From: Octopus vulgaris
Taxonomy: Eukaryota
DNA length: 64,000 nt
Direction of reading: 5' to 3'
Assembly (NCBI GenBank): GCA_951406725.2
Contig: OX597827.1
Location: forward strand, 15,004,001 to 15,068,000
Shown here: piece by piece, positions 14,479 to 28,263 of the stretch
Position numbering within the stretch: position 1 is the stretch's first letter
How the letters are laid out: each line of letters starts with the position of its first letter
Translations under genes and position numbers: made by a program
The notes under the pieces: model-generated
Databases searched by the model: none
What the model was told of the DNA's origin: nothing
The model's input: the letters and a program-made list of their open reading frames with translations, nothing else

Positions 14479-15612
14479 CACAGATATATTTAGATATAGA
14501 TATACATATATATATATATATATATTATACACATATGTATATATGTTTGTATGATTGATATATATATATATAAACATATATATATGTGTGTGTGTATATG
14601 AATTAGTTGGAAAATCTGTTGTATTATCAGGGTGTATATTTGAAAATATGAACTCCTCACTAGATGTGTTTTACATGTGCAACTGTTGTATTGTATGTTA
14701 GGGAGATCTATACATGTTTGCATACAAGTACCGCAGTCACAAATTGATAGATAGGGTTTTATACATGGCAAGAGAGAGAGAAAAAGAAAGAGATGGAGTG
14801 AGAGAGAGAGAGACTAATGTTGTAGTCTTAAACCATATATATAAGGCATTACTAATTCCCATTGAACTATAATGCTACTAATACATACACATACCCCCTA
14901 CACATATTTCAACTAGGCTGTTGTTGTTGCTATTGCTTAGCCCCAGAACAACCTTGATTGTGCAGACACATGATCAAAGATATTCCAACCATGACCAGCC
15001 TGTCTTTTTTTTTCCTTTTTCCTGTATGCAACAAACCTAGAACCACATTATACAGTGTGTCCCTTTTTTCGTATCTAAGATGCTTGGATGTGATATGAGA
15101 TATATGTAGCTGTTATTTCTAGCAGTGAACAGCCAGGTACAGGCTTCTTCAATGGCTTGAGCTTAACTATGTCAAATACATAGGCACCCATTTATTAAAC
15201 ATATAGGCCAACATTTATTTCAATGCATCCAACATATCATACAATACAATACAATAAAGGATATCATCAGTCAAAATGGTGTCAAACAAACAGACAGCCG
15301 TTCATCAAACATACCAGCACACAGTTGGTACAGTATATAGGTACACATATTAAAATCTATCAAACACAATACATATTTTAAAATGTGAAATGCTTGAATT
15401 ACACATTTATCAAACATATACTCACACGTGCTATTTCTGGTATAACCCATACAGATTATGAGGTATATCAGACTCAACACCATACATGCACAATCATATC
15501 TATCTACATATCTGTCTATATCTATCAATCTATATGTATGTGTATATACATATATATATATATATATACACACACATGCATATACATATATATATATATA
15601 TGTGTGTGTATA

Positions 15613-16000
15613 TTCTTTTACTTGTTTCAGTCATTTGACTGCGGCCATGCTGGAGCACCGCCTTTAGTCGAGCAAATTGACCCCGGGACTTATTCTTTTG
15701 TAAGCCCAGTACTTATTCTATTGGTCTCTTTTGCCGAACCGCTAAGTGACAGGGACGTAAACACACCAGCATCAGTTGTCAAGCAATGCTAGGGGGACAA
15801 ACACAGACACACAAACACACACACACATACATATATATGACAGGCTTCTTTCAGTTTCCGTCTACCAAATCCACTCACAAGGCATTGGTCAGCCCGGGGC
15901 TATAGCAGAAGACACTTGCCCAAGATGCCACGCAGTGGGACTGAACCCGGAACCATGTTGTTGGTAAACAAGCTACTTACCACACAGCCACTCCTGTGCC
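15613..16000 (-). mobile_element. SINE family A, full-length
   Basis: Reverse complement of ggcacaggagtggctgtgtggtaag ... gactgaaacaagtaaaag. Confidence 0.9.
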
Positions 16001-16063
16001 ATTATATATGTATATACATAGATACATAGATACATAGATATATATGTGTATGTGTGTGTGTGT

Positions 16064-16126
<63 letters not shown>

Positions 16127-16675
16127 CATCTGCATATATGTGTGTAGGTCTTATGTTTGATATGATTCGATACATACATGCATATATATATATAAACACA
16201 TGCATACACCGATGCAGAGGCAAAATACACACATACGTACACATACATACTTGTACACACTTATGTAAATTACACAAGCATCTATAATTTCATGTATGTC
16301 AAACTATGTCAGTATATAAAGATGTTGAGTTTTGTGCAAAGCTTGATGACATGTGTCACTTAACAGGTGCGTTTCCATATGTATATATACATATATATAT
16401 ATACACACACATACATACATACACACACACACACATACATACATACACATATCATCATCATCATCGTTTGATGTCTGCTCTCCATGCTGGCATAGGTTGG
16501 ACGGTTTGACTGGGGTCTGGAAAGCCAGCGGCTGCCCCAGGCTCCATTCTGATCTGGCAATGTGTCTACAGCTGTTTGAAACACCAACCACTCCAAGAGT
16601 GTAGTAGGCGCTTTTTACATGCCACTGGCACAGGAGCCAGTCGAGCAAGCCTATGTGCCACCAGCATGGGACCCA

Positions 16676-16753
<78 letters not shown>

Positions 16754-16784
16754 CATATATATATATGTGCATATATATGTGTGC

Positions 16785-16815
<31 letters not shown>

Positions 16816-16864
16816 CATATACACATATACAGGCATAAAATATGTATATATATATATATATACA

Positions 16865-16895
<31 letters not shown>

Positions 16896-16928
16896 CTACA
16901 TACGTACATACATACGTACGTACATATA

Positions 16929-17801
16929 CAGGGTGCAATGGGTAAATTGTCACCATTTTATATTTTTAATTTCACGCATGCACATTGTTTCTTTTTGATT
17001 TTTGGGGCAACACAGTATAGTAGGGTCATTTGGGCACCATCTGTGAGAAAAACTGTAATATGATGCAATTCACACTGCCAGAAATTTAGAAACGACATAC
17101 TGTACTGCTTGGCATTCATGTCAGAAGTTCCAATATGAGCAGATGGTGAACACACAGAATACCTGTTGGCTTGCTATGTCCCCAAAACATGTACCACGAG
17201 TGATAAAAATCAAACATCCAGTCAACATCATGGTGTTTGGAGTGGTTACTAGTGATAGCAATGTTATGCCTCTATTCATCTTCCCACATGGCCTCAGATT
17301 CAACATGGAGGCTTGAATCAAGTGCATGGAGGAGGTAGTGCTGCCCTCGGTCAAGAGGGTGGCTGCTGGAAGACCCTACGTCTGGCAAGAGGATTCTGCA
17401 CCATGCCAAAGAAGCAGGAGAACCGAGTCATGGTTCATAGACAATTTCTGCAACCACATCACCCCTAACATCTGGCCACCTAACTCCAGACTGCAGCCCC
17501 CTTGATTATTATGTGCAGAGTACAGTTGAGTGAGAGACCAAAAAAGCTCCTTGTAACACCAAAGTTGAACTGGAAGCAAGGAATATGGCAGCATTCACCA
17601 ACTTAAACAAGAAGAGTGGTAAGAGATTCTGAAGTCATCTGGAGGCCATGGTTGGAGCCAATGGCGATTTTATTGAATAGATTTACTCATTAGTATTTCA
17701 AGATACTTTTATGTAATTTTGGTAAATATATGTGTAAAATGAAATGTCAGTGTTATTTTCATTTTTGTGTAATTTAGATGACAACTATATTCGCCACAAT
17801 C

Positions 17802-17803
<2 letters not shown>
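16929..17803 (+). mobile_element. Tc1/mariner superfamily DD37D (maT-like) transposon relic, internally deleted
   Basis: Begins TA|CAGGGTG and ends in a degenerate inverted repeat. Translates as IMVFGVVTSD...RPYVWQEDSAP...IWPPNS(fs)DCSPLDYY, with 37 residues between the last two Asp after frameshift correction. Stops and frameshifts present. Confidence 0.85.
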
Positions 17804-17849
<46 letters not shown>

Positions 17850-17852
<3 letters not shown>

Positions 17853-18930
17853 GGTATTTGAGGACATACCTATTTTGGGTCATTGCTGCATTTTTTTGCT
17901 ATCCCCTGTATAATCATTGCTTCAGAAAATAATAATGGCAGACCCTTAGCTAACTCAAGAGATGAAGAGGCATGCTGTTATTGTTGTTATAAAGGCTGAA
18001 CATAGCGATTTAGAAATATCTCAAGTTTTAAAAGTTGCAAGATCCTTCGTCTACAAAGTTTGTAAGAAGCTAGAGACTGAAGATGGAAACATATCACCAG
18101 TATCAAAGCATAAAATGCATTCTAAACACTCTGAAATCATCAGAACACCTGAATTTATGCAGCAAGTTCAGCAGGCCATTGATTACAATCACAGAAAGTT
18201 CATGAGATCAATTGCAAAAGTTCTCCATGTATCAGACGGAACAGTCAGAAATATTGTCCTTGAAGTCATCAGATATAAGTTTTATATGATGAGGAAAGGT
18301 CAATTTGTCAGAAAAAACAAAATAAAATCACTACATCAGTTCTAAAAGGCTCTTAAACAAACTGAAATATCCAACAGAAGATTTGATTTGGTTTTTCTCA
18401 AATGAGAAAAACTTCGACCAAGATCAAAAAGTTAACAGAAGAAATGATAGATGGTTATGTGCAGACCCTTCAGAAGTTGCAAGTGTTATGCATACAAAAT
18501 TTCCTGCAACTGTCATGGTTTTAGGGGTTGTCAGCAACGAAGGGCATGTGATGCCTTTTTACTTCTTTCCACAAGGCCTTAGAGTTAACTCTGCCGCCTA
18601 CTTTGAGGTCCTGGAAATAATTGTTAAGCCCTGGATAGACAGTGTATGCAATGGAAGGCCATATGCGTTTCAGTAAGACTCTGCACTATCACACATGGCT
18701 CTAGTAACACAGGAATGGATGGCTGAAAATTTTCATGATCCCATAACCCCTAACATTTGACCTCCTAATTCTCCAGGTCTCAATCCATTAGACTATTACA
18801 TGTGGAGCGTTGTTGAGAGAGAGGTCAATGAGCATGCTCATAACACCAAAGATTCTTTGAAAGCTGCCATAGTCAGAGTAATGCCCAAAATGAACCAGAT
18901 CATCTGATTCGAGCATGTAGAGGATTTAGA
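17850..18930 (+). mobile_element. Second DD37D transposon, near-complete transposase pseudogene, 3' truncated
   Basis: TA|CAGGGT start. ORFs 17962-18345 (HTH region) and 18383-18676 (WFFSNEKNF...VMVLGVVSNEG), continuing Q*DSALSH...PPNSPGLNPLDYYMW with D-x37-D spacing. Confidence 0.9.
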
Positions 18931-18949
18931 TATACAGATATACATTTAG

Positions 18950-19420
18950 GACTTCATTTGTGCTGAGGTGGATGGGTCTTCTCAAGCTCAGTAACTTCCC
19001 AAAAACCTCAATCCTTTCTGTCATGACCTCCATGAAACTCAACGTCCTGAAGTCAATCTCCATTACATCATTCCATTCCTTCGTAGCCCTGCCCCCTCTT
19101 CCACAACATTTAATGATTAGACATTTAATGGTCAGAACCTCTTTATGCAGATATCTTCATCCATACACATCACATGACCATACCAGAATAGTCTTTTCTC
19201 TAGCTCACAATTATGCCCAGTTTTTCTCTCAACACATTGGCATTTCGTCACACATGCACACTGGCATTGCACATCCAGCAGAGCTTGCTAACTTCATTTT
19301 TATCTAGTTTTTTCATGTCCCCTGTATTTACAGCCCATGTTTCACTATTATGAAGTATTGCTCTTCATATACAAGCATCATACAATCTACCTTTCACTCT
19401 GAGAAAGCGGGGCCTTTGTC
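18950..19420 (-). mobile_element. Degraded RTE-clade LINE ORF 3' fragment
   Basis: Minus strand reads WYGHVMCMDED, homologous to 42350-42550 and 46230-46454. Confidence 0.7.
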
Positions 19421-20864
19421 AGCCTGAGGCTATAGCAGAAGACATTTGCTCAAGGTGCAATGCTGTAGGACTGAACCCAGAACCATGTTGTTGGGAAGTA
19501 AACTTCTTACCACACAGCCAGACCTATGCCTAAGGAAAAACGAAGAGCACAGACAATGAAGTCTTAAATATATACAAAAAGATGGGATGGTCATGATAGG
19601 AATTTCTTTAATCATAGGACTGCTGGATCAAACAGCAACATCAAAGCATTAGATCCACTGCTAAGGAGGAGCCCTTATTCGGTCATATGATCTACAAGAA
19701 ATAGCAGCCAAATCTACCTCAATCCACACCCTACCATTTTGAAACCTGAATGAACACATCAGATAATGTTGCCCCACATACCATGACTGGAATACCATCA
19801 ATCACAAGATATACCACGTCTGCATGATCATGACTGACCCGGGGTCAGACAACAACTTCAACAGTGACAATCTATCATAGGACCCTATAGTAGTTGACTA
19901 TAGAAAGAGAAAGTGAATTAACCCTCATTACTAATGAAATATGATAATTCTTGTGAATAAGAAATTAAAAGAAAATTAAGTTTTAGTTTCAAAGCAACCA
20001 TAGCTTAATACATTTCTTTTGTATTTTATTAATTGTTCCATAGCAAATGTACTCTTGATAAATCACAATAAAATTGGGCTTAGAGGGGAAGGAAGGGACT
20101 CTCTCATAAAAGTACATAGTTGCTTTCATTAGATTAACAGAGTAACTATTAATGCCACAGACTTTTTTTTTCCTTTTATAAAGGCATTTTGAGAAAGCAA
20201 CAAATTTTCTCTTCAATTAACTAATTAGGTGGCAAGCTGGTAAAATCATTAGTATGTTGGATTAAAATGCTTAGCAGCATTTTGTCCTGCTCTTTATATT
20301 TGTTGTTTTAATCTCACTTAAGTCAACTTTACATTTCATCCCTTCAGGATGGCAAAAGTACCTATCAACTATTATCATCATCATCACTTAACGTCTGCTT
20401 TCCATGCTGGCATGGGTTGGACGGTTTGATATGGAGCTGGCTCCAACTGGCTGTTGTAGTATGGTCTCTATGTCTGGATGCTCTTCCTAATTATAATTAC
20501 TTAACAGAGCATGTTGGGTGCTTTTTACAGGCCACCAGCACAGGTACGTTTACACAGCACTAGTACAGGTGCATTAATTGAGCCCAATTAGAGAATTGTC
20601 AGTGGGGCCCCTCTACTCCACAAAAGCTGAAGATTGAATGTTTTATGCTTCATGAAGTGTGCCATTCCCAGACAGAAAGTGTTGAGGGTTTGAGGCTCCT
20701 CCACAATGATATACTAAAAATTCATCCCAGTGTCCTCCACTTTAGCAATTTGAACAAATCTGTCTAATTGGCCCAATTTGAACAAATCTGTCTAATTGGC
20801 TTAAAACCAGCCCAGGCTATTTATTTTCTAAAACTACTTATACTACTACCAATAACAATAATAT

Positions 20865-20998
<134 letters not shown>

Positions 20999-21384
20999 CT
21001 TCTATCGCTGCTACCACAACTACTGTTACTAGTAAAAATGATTAAAAATTTTAGCACAAGGAAGTAATTTCAGGGGAGGGAATAAGCTGATTATATCAAC
21101 CTGTAAGCACTCAAAATCTTTTGAGTTCTTAAGGCCTCTATGGATCTTAACCTGGAGCCCCTGTCTTGAACCCTGCAATAGACTGGCATCCCACAAAAGT
21201 AAATTTTTAATCACTCTCACACTGACACACAAGAATATGTGTTGGGCACAACTAGAATGCTTTTCATCAAAGGTCTGCTTGATCAGGTTAGGACTGAGGC
21301 AAAACAACAGTAACAGCAACAAAAACAACAATATATATGAATATATAATATCTGGATGTATCATAAATATATATGTATATATGT

Positions 21385-21433
<49 letters not shown>

Positions 21434-21602
21434 AATAAAAGGGCAAGCAACAGGTTGCTTAGCCACATACCAAAAAATTAGAAATAGCAGTCAAAGACCA
21501 CTTATTTCTATTTTCTACGAATATAACCCCACGTACAACATATACATGTGACTCACATATGTAAAACAGAAGGAAAAAGTAACGAAAACAAAATCTTTGG
21601 TT

Positions 21603-21664
21603 AGTTACGGATGCGTTTCTGGATTAGAATTATAAATTAATTCATTTCCTTCTTCAGTGCAACT
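21603..21664 (-). ncRNA. Minimal type-I hammerhead-like motif (Penelope type), slightly degenerate
   Basis: Minus strand: AGTTGCA-CTGAAGA-AGGA..GAATTA/TAATTC..TCCA-GAAA-CGC-ATC-CGTAACT. Stem I and stem II pairing visible. ATC stands where GTC is usual. Confidence 0.6.
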
Positions 21665-22546
21665 TTCCACTTAAATAGATTTTGCAAATGCTGTACATAC
21701 CTCCAGCTTCCCAAACTAGCATCATCAGAGATAGTAGAAGATAGCCAGCATTGGCCAAATCCATATAGACGAATGAATTCGTATTTTCCCTCCAAAATTT
21801 TACCATGTGCATCACAAAAATAATAGTTGTTTTTTTTTTAAATTAATAATTATTTACCCTTATATTATTAATATCATCATCACCATCATTAACGTCCGTT
21901 TTCCATGCTAGCATGGGTTGGACGGTTCGACCAGGGTCTGGTAAGCCATGGAGGCTGCACCAGGCTCTAATCTGATTTGGCAGTATTTCTACAGCTAGAT
22001 GCCCTTCCTAACGCAAACCACTCCGTGAGTGTAGTGGATGTTTTTTATGTGCCACCAGCACAGGAGCCAGAGCAGGCTGGCAAACGGCCATGATATATAT
22101 ATATATATATATATACATAATGGTCTCTCCCATTCAAAAAGAAATATGAGCATTCAGCTTTTGCTAAATGAGCTGCACAAATGATTTGTTTATAGTGATC
22201 AAATGCTCGTGCCATACGTTAGCTCACTCTCTCTATCAAAATCGACGTTGTCTGAACAGGTGCACTATGTGCCACACGTCAGGTGTGAAAGTGATTGTAG
22301 AGCAACGTGAGATGAAGTGCTTTGCTCAAGAACACAATGCACCACCCAGTCTGGGAATTGAAATCAGGTTCTAGCAATCATGAGTACAACATCCTATCCC
22401 CGAAGTCATGCATTTATCAAATAAGCACAGGGGTCAGTTTGTACAACTGAATCCTTCAAGACAGTTCCCCAGCAGGACCTATTCCAATGACAGAAACAAG
22501 TAAAAGGTTAAAGATAAAGGATATAGATAAATAGATAAATAGATAG

Positions 22547-23080
22547 ATTTCTTTATTGGTCACACAGGGCTAGGCACAGAGGGGACAATTACAATGTAGA
22601 GTTTTTTTCTTTTCGAGGGGGGCGAAAACAAAGTAAAAAAAAAAAAAATAGGGACAACGATCCAAAGGGATCGAAATCGTTGGGGATATATGCAAAAAAT
22701 GTCTAAATAGTACAAAAAGTTCCCAAGAAATGGAGAGATTTATCTGTGGAAAGAAAAACCTACGAAAAGACCACAGTAACCTTGGGCAATTACGTCACAT
22801 GTTAGCATATTTATTTACAATTAAGAAAATCTCTGTTTAAAATTTTTATGGTTCAAGGTGGCTTCATCATTCGTACATGCCATCCTTGCTACATTTACCT
22901 ATCTTTTTTTGAAACAGTCGCTAGATAAAACTTCCCTCTCTACTCTCATGTATCCTTTCCACAAGAAGCAGAAGAGAATGCATTCTAGTTTGATAATGGT
23001 AGGGTTGGGACAAGGCACGATGGTCAGGCAGTAGTAGATGACGGACGTGATGTACGTGTTCACCACCTCCGCCCGACTTT
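22547..23080 (-). mobile_element. Tx1/L1-clade LINE 3' fragment with internal deletion
   Basis: Minus translation SRAEVVNTYITSVIYYCLTIVPCPNPTIIKLECILFCFLWKG...ERE...FKKR*VNVARM. 3' end ...tagccctgtgtgaccaataaagaaat. Both flanks are GATA-type repeats. Confidence 0.7.
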
Positions 23081-23144
23081 TTGCCGGGCGAGAGTGACTA
23101 CCCTACTCATTATAGATAGATAGATAGATAGATATAGATGTTTG

Positions 23145-23189
<45 letters not shown>

Positions 23190-23209
23190 TTGCATGTGTG
23201 TGTGTATAT

Positions 23210-23667
23210 TCTTTTATTCTTTTATTTGTTTCAGTCACTTGACTGCGGCCATGCTGGAGCACCGCCTTTTGTCAAACAAATTGATCCCAGAACTTATTCT
23301 TTGTAAGCCTAGTACTTATTTGATTGGTCTCTTTTGCCAAACTGCTAAGTTACGGGGATGTAAACACACCAGTATCAGTTGTCAAGCTGATGGGGTGGGG
23401 AAAACTGAAAAACAAATACATACATACACACACACATATATATAAAAATATATATATATATATATACTGCGGGTTCATTTTAGTTTCCATCTGCCAAATT
23501 CACTCACAAGGCTTTGATCAGCCTGAGACTATAGTAGAAGACACTTGCCCAAGGTGGCAGGCAGTGGGACTGAACATGGAACCATGTGGTTGGTAAGCAA
23601 GCTACTTAGCACACACCCACTCCAGTACCTATAGCACACTCCTTACCACACAGCCACTCCTGCTCGT
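23210..23667 (-). mobile_element. SINE family A
   Basis: Same head/core/tail as the 15613-16000 copy. Confidence 0.85.
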
Positions 23668-24075
23668 ATATGTATATATGTATATATTAAGTATATGATT
23701 TAACTTACTAACCCAATTCATATATTTCTATAACAGTTTTCATATCTACACTGATTTACGCTATTAAATTCAAAGGAAGAAACAATGTTAGAAATCTTTG
23801 GAAATTATTCCAATAAAAGGAATTACTCGCATTCAACCTTTTAAAAATCAATAAAAATATAAAAGTATATATAATATATAAACATATATAAATGTGTGTG
23901 TGTGCATGTATAAGAGGTTTTGGGCCAGAAGACCCAAGATGGCAGTTAAAGCTATGTAAGTACTACAGAAGGACCATAGTTAGACCCTTGGTTCGATAAT
24001 AGTATGCATGTAATAGTAATAAACAGTAGTAATAGTAGACACCCGTTTGTATATATATATATATGCATATATATA

Positions 24076-24131
<56 letters not shown>

Positions 24132-24155
24132 TATATGTATGTGCATTTATATATG

Positions 24156-24187
<32 letters not shown>

Positions 24188-24388
24188 CAAATGGAAGAAA
24201 GCGCTAATATATGATCTAAGTTATATGATGTATAAAAACATGTAATATACAAATAAATATCTGTAAATATAAAACCATCCAAATTTCTGAGTACCTCATT
24301 TCTTCTAATATAAAATGCCTGCACATCATCTCCAAACCTTCTAATATATATATATTTATATATATATATATATACATATATGTATGTG

Positions 24389-24431
<43 letters not shown>

Positions 24432-24519
24432 CTTATATATATATATATACACATATATATGTGTGTGTATATACACACACGACACACACACACACATATA
24501 TATGTAATACCTGAGATAT

Positions 24520-25000
24520 ACAGCAAATCAATAGCATGCCAATACAGACCTGATTTTTTGCCTGGTTCCTTAACACGTCAGAAATCACAACAGTATGTAA
24601 ATCCTTCCTGGTAATATATTTATATCTGCAGAGAAAATTTGTAAAGCAACTATGCCAAAATTATCCCCTATTAAATCTGCACTTTACTGTATTTATGGTC
24701 CCTGTTACATACATCAGACCCACACCCTTAATGTAATTAAGAGAATAATTTACTTAGAGAAATTAGCCGAAGACCCTATCAAAATGAAAAATGATAGTTA
24801 AGTCAGTATGATCATATTTAATGTAGTATGCATTAAAAAAGGTCACAACGAATAAGTGCTCAGTGAGTAAGAGATAATATTACTCAATTACTAACACTAA
24901 TTTGACAGTTTTCTCGAAAACAAGAGAGACAACCCCAAGCATGTTTCAACCATATAAATCGTTCTTGGATGAAGCACAGATGTTACTGTTAAAATATTGC
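24520..25000 (-). mobile_element. Old repeat, homologous to 29780-30190, with hammerhead-core relics (Penelope-like terminus)
   Basis: Shared attaaatctgcacttta, acatcagac.cacacccttaatg and gagaataatttact.agagaaat blocks. The minus strand keeps GAAACATG. Confidence 0.6.
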
Positions 25001-25792
25001 TGAAGTAATCACTAAGCAAATATGCAACAGATTACACTGGCAGGCACAGGAATTAACACTTTAAATGTATAATATATAAATACATCATCATCGTTTAACG
25101 TCCGCTTTCCATGCTAGCATGGGTCGGACGTATGACAGAGGGCTGGCGAACCGGATGGTTGCACCAGGTTCCAGTCTTGATTTGGCAGAGTATCTACAGC
25201 TGGATGCTCTTCCTAATGCCAACCACTCAGAGTGTAGTGGGTGATTTTACGTGCCACCAGCATGGAGGCCAGATAGCCGCTCTGGTAACGACCACGCTTG
25301 GATGGTGCTTTTGAACTGCCACTGGCACGGAAACCGGTTAGCCGCTCTGTCAATGATCACACTCGTATGGTGCTCTTTGTACATATATGTGTGTGTCAAC
25401 CCCCTTTGCTTGTGAAGACATTGTTGGGGCAAGCGAAATCGAAATCGAATTGAACCAGCCAGGATCCCTGGTCTGGTGGTACGTAAAAAGCACTATCCGA
25501 CTCGTGGCCGATGCCAGCACCGCCTCGACTGGCTTCCGTGCCGGTGGCACATAAAATACACCAATCTGACCGTGGCCGTTGCCAGCCCCGCCTGGCACCT
25601 GTGCAGGTGGCACGTAAAAAGCACCCACTACACTCACGGAGTGGTTGGCGTTAGGAAGGGCATCCAGCTGTAGAAACATTGCCAGATTAGACTGGAGCCT
25701 GGTGCAGCCTTCTGGCTTCCCAGAACCCCGGTCGAACCGTCCAACCCATGCTAGCATGGAGAACGGACGTTAAACGACGATGATGATGATGA

Positions 25793-25826
<34 letters not shown>

Positions 25827-25915
25827 TTATATAAATAAGGCTAAGGTCGTTATTTAAATACCAATCTTATCAGGTGGCCAGCACGGGAATAAAAGCCTTC
25901 AAAGGTAATAATTAC

Positions 25916-26093
25916 TATTAAAATTATAATTAAGGGTATCTAAGAGATACCAGCACGCTGGAAATAGCAGCCAAAACTTGACTCTAAAACAACATTAAAT
26001 GTTCATACATTTAATGTGGTTTTAGAGTCAAGTTTTGGCTGCTATTTTCAGCGTGATGGTATCTCTTAGATACCCTTAATTATAATTTTAATA
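25916..26093. repeat. Long inverted repeat, 87-bp arms with 4-nt loop
   Basis: 25916-26002 versus 26007-26093, three mismatches by eye. Confidence 0.95.
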
Positions 26094-28263
26094 ATATATA
26101 TATAGATATATATATAGATATATATATATATGAATGTATATATGTACGTATGTGTTAATGCAACAGAAACAATCATCAGCTTTATAAGGTGAGATATATA
26201 ATAAAGATGTAATTTTCTCTAAATGTATTTTTTGTTGACAACACTCTGTATTTCTAAAAATTCTGCCAAAGAATATTTGGATTTACCTGCCATGTATGAG
26301 AATTTACCTGAGATCTGTGTTCTGCTTACATTTACTGGTGTCTAATTGTTGAATATTTTTAACCAAATTCTTTTAATACTAAATGCTTTATTGATATCTG
26401 TGTGCGTGTGTGTGCGCGTGTGTGTGTGTGTGTGTGTGTGTTTGTCCCCCACCACCATCGCTTGACAACTGATGTTGGTGTATTTACGTTCCCGTAACTT
26501 AGCAGTTCAGCATAAGAGACTGATAGAATAACTTCAATGTTTACAAAGGATAAGTGCTAGGGCTGATTTCATCAACTGAACCCTCCCCCCTTAAGGTGGT
26601 GCTCCAGCATGGCCACAGTCAAAATGACTAAAACGAGTAAAAGAATAAATAAAAGAAATCCTGACACCTGTCCATGTCTCCTTCGACCTTCTTCTTCCAT
26701 ATTCCATTCCACTTAATACACCTTGGCCCTTTCTACCCATCAATGCACATCCATCATCCATGCACATTTCATACCCATAGCAGCACAATTTTGTCCCCCC
26801 CGTGCACCACATACGACTCCTGTTAGACTTAGATTTTCTTTCAACTCTTCCATGCTTCACCATTCATTCACATTCACATTACACATCCAAAATCGCATGC
26901 TTGTTTCATTTCTTTATAACCTTCCTGCATCTTTTGCACTCACAACCCGTTGGCTGGCTTCCACCGTTGCCAGCGCCGCCTTGGCTGGCTTCCGTGCCGC
27001 TGGCACGTTAAAAGCTCCAACCGATTGTGGCCGATGCCAGACCGCCCCCCTGGCACCTGTGCAGGTGGCACGTAAAAAGCACCCACTACACTCGCGGAGT
27101 GGTTGGCGTTAGGAAGGGCATCCAGCCGTAGAAACTCTGGAGCCTGGAGCAGCCCCTGGCTTCCCAGAACCCGGTCGAACCGTCCAACCCGTGCTAGCGC
27201 GGAAAACGGACGTTAAACGATGATGATGATGATGATGATGATGAACCCACGACTTATTAGCTGTAAAACTATGCTTCATTCACAAGTGTCATCCAGTATA
27301 CTTTTCACTCAAAGAAGAAGATAATGTTTTTGTTTCCAGAAATAGTAATAGAGATTTTTCCACCCTCTTCTTATTCTGGTTATTACTCTTTCAAAGCACT
27401 CCCCTCCTCAACTATGGATCCACCTATGTTGTGGCAGCTACCAACAACTGTGGAGCCCTCTGGGGGACCAAAAATGAATTTATTTCTTTGAAGCTCTAAC
27501 TCAGCATTTCTCAACTTTTTATTTCTTTCAGTCATTTGTGTGTATGTGTGTGTGTTTGTGTTTGCTCGTCACCCCTCACCCACACCACCACCATCACTGG
27601 ACAACCGATGCTCAGGTGTTTATGTCCCTGTAACTTAGTGGTTCAGCAAAAGATACCGATAGAATAAGTACTAGGCTCACCAAGAATAAGTCCAGTCTGC
27701 TTAACCTCTATTTTTCCCCACTGTGCCTTGGGGACATGTTCTGACACATGTCGATCACCATCTCTCCACTCTCTCTCTCTATCTTTCTCTGTAGATCTCT
27801 CTTTCTCTCCCTTCTTCTGCAACTGGGATATCATTGAATTTCTTCTACAGCAAGACCCCTATCTCTATCTGGAGCTCCACAGTTAATTGAACAAATCGAC
27901 CCCAGGACTTATTCTTGGTAAGCCTAGTACTTATTCTATCAGGCTCTTTTGCTGAACCACTAAGTTACAGGGACATAACCACACCAGCATCAGTTGTCCA
28001 GCGATGGTGGGGGACAAACACAAACACACACAAACACACACACACACACATACGACGGGCTTCTTTCAGTTTCCGTCTACCAAATCCACTCACAAGGCTT
28101 TGGTCGGCCCAAGGCTATAGTAGAAGACACTTGCCCAATGTGTTATGCAGTGAGACTGAACCTGGAATCATGTGGTTGGTAAGCAAGCTACTTACCACAC
28201 AACCACTATATATATATATATATGTATATATGTATATGTATGTGTGTGCGTGTGTGTGTTAGT

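Noticed and set aside
24511-24625. Apparent minus-strand exon (ttttctctgcag| ... CAG|gtatta, open frame YKYITRKDLHTVVISDVLRNQAKNQ...)
   Set aside because: It aligns with 29800-29870, so it is part of a dispersed repeat. Exonisation cannot be excluded without RNA data.
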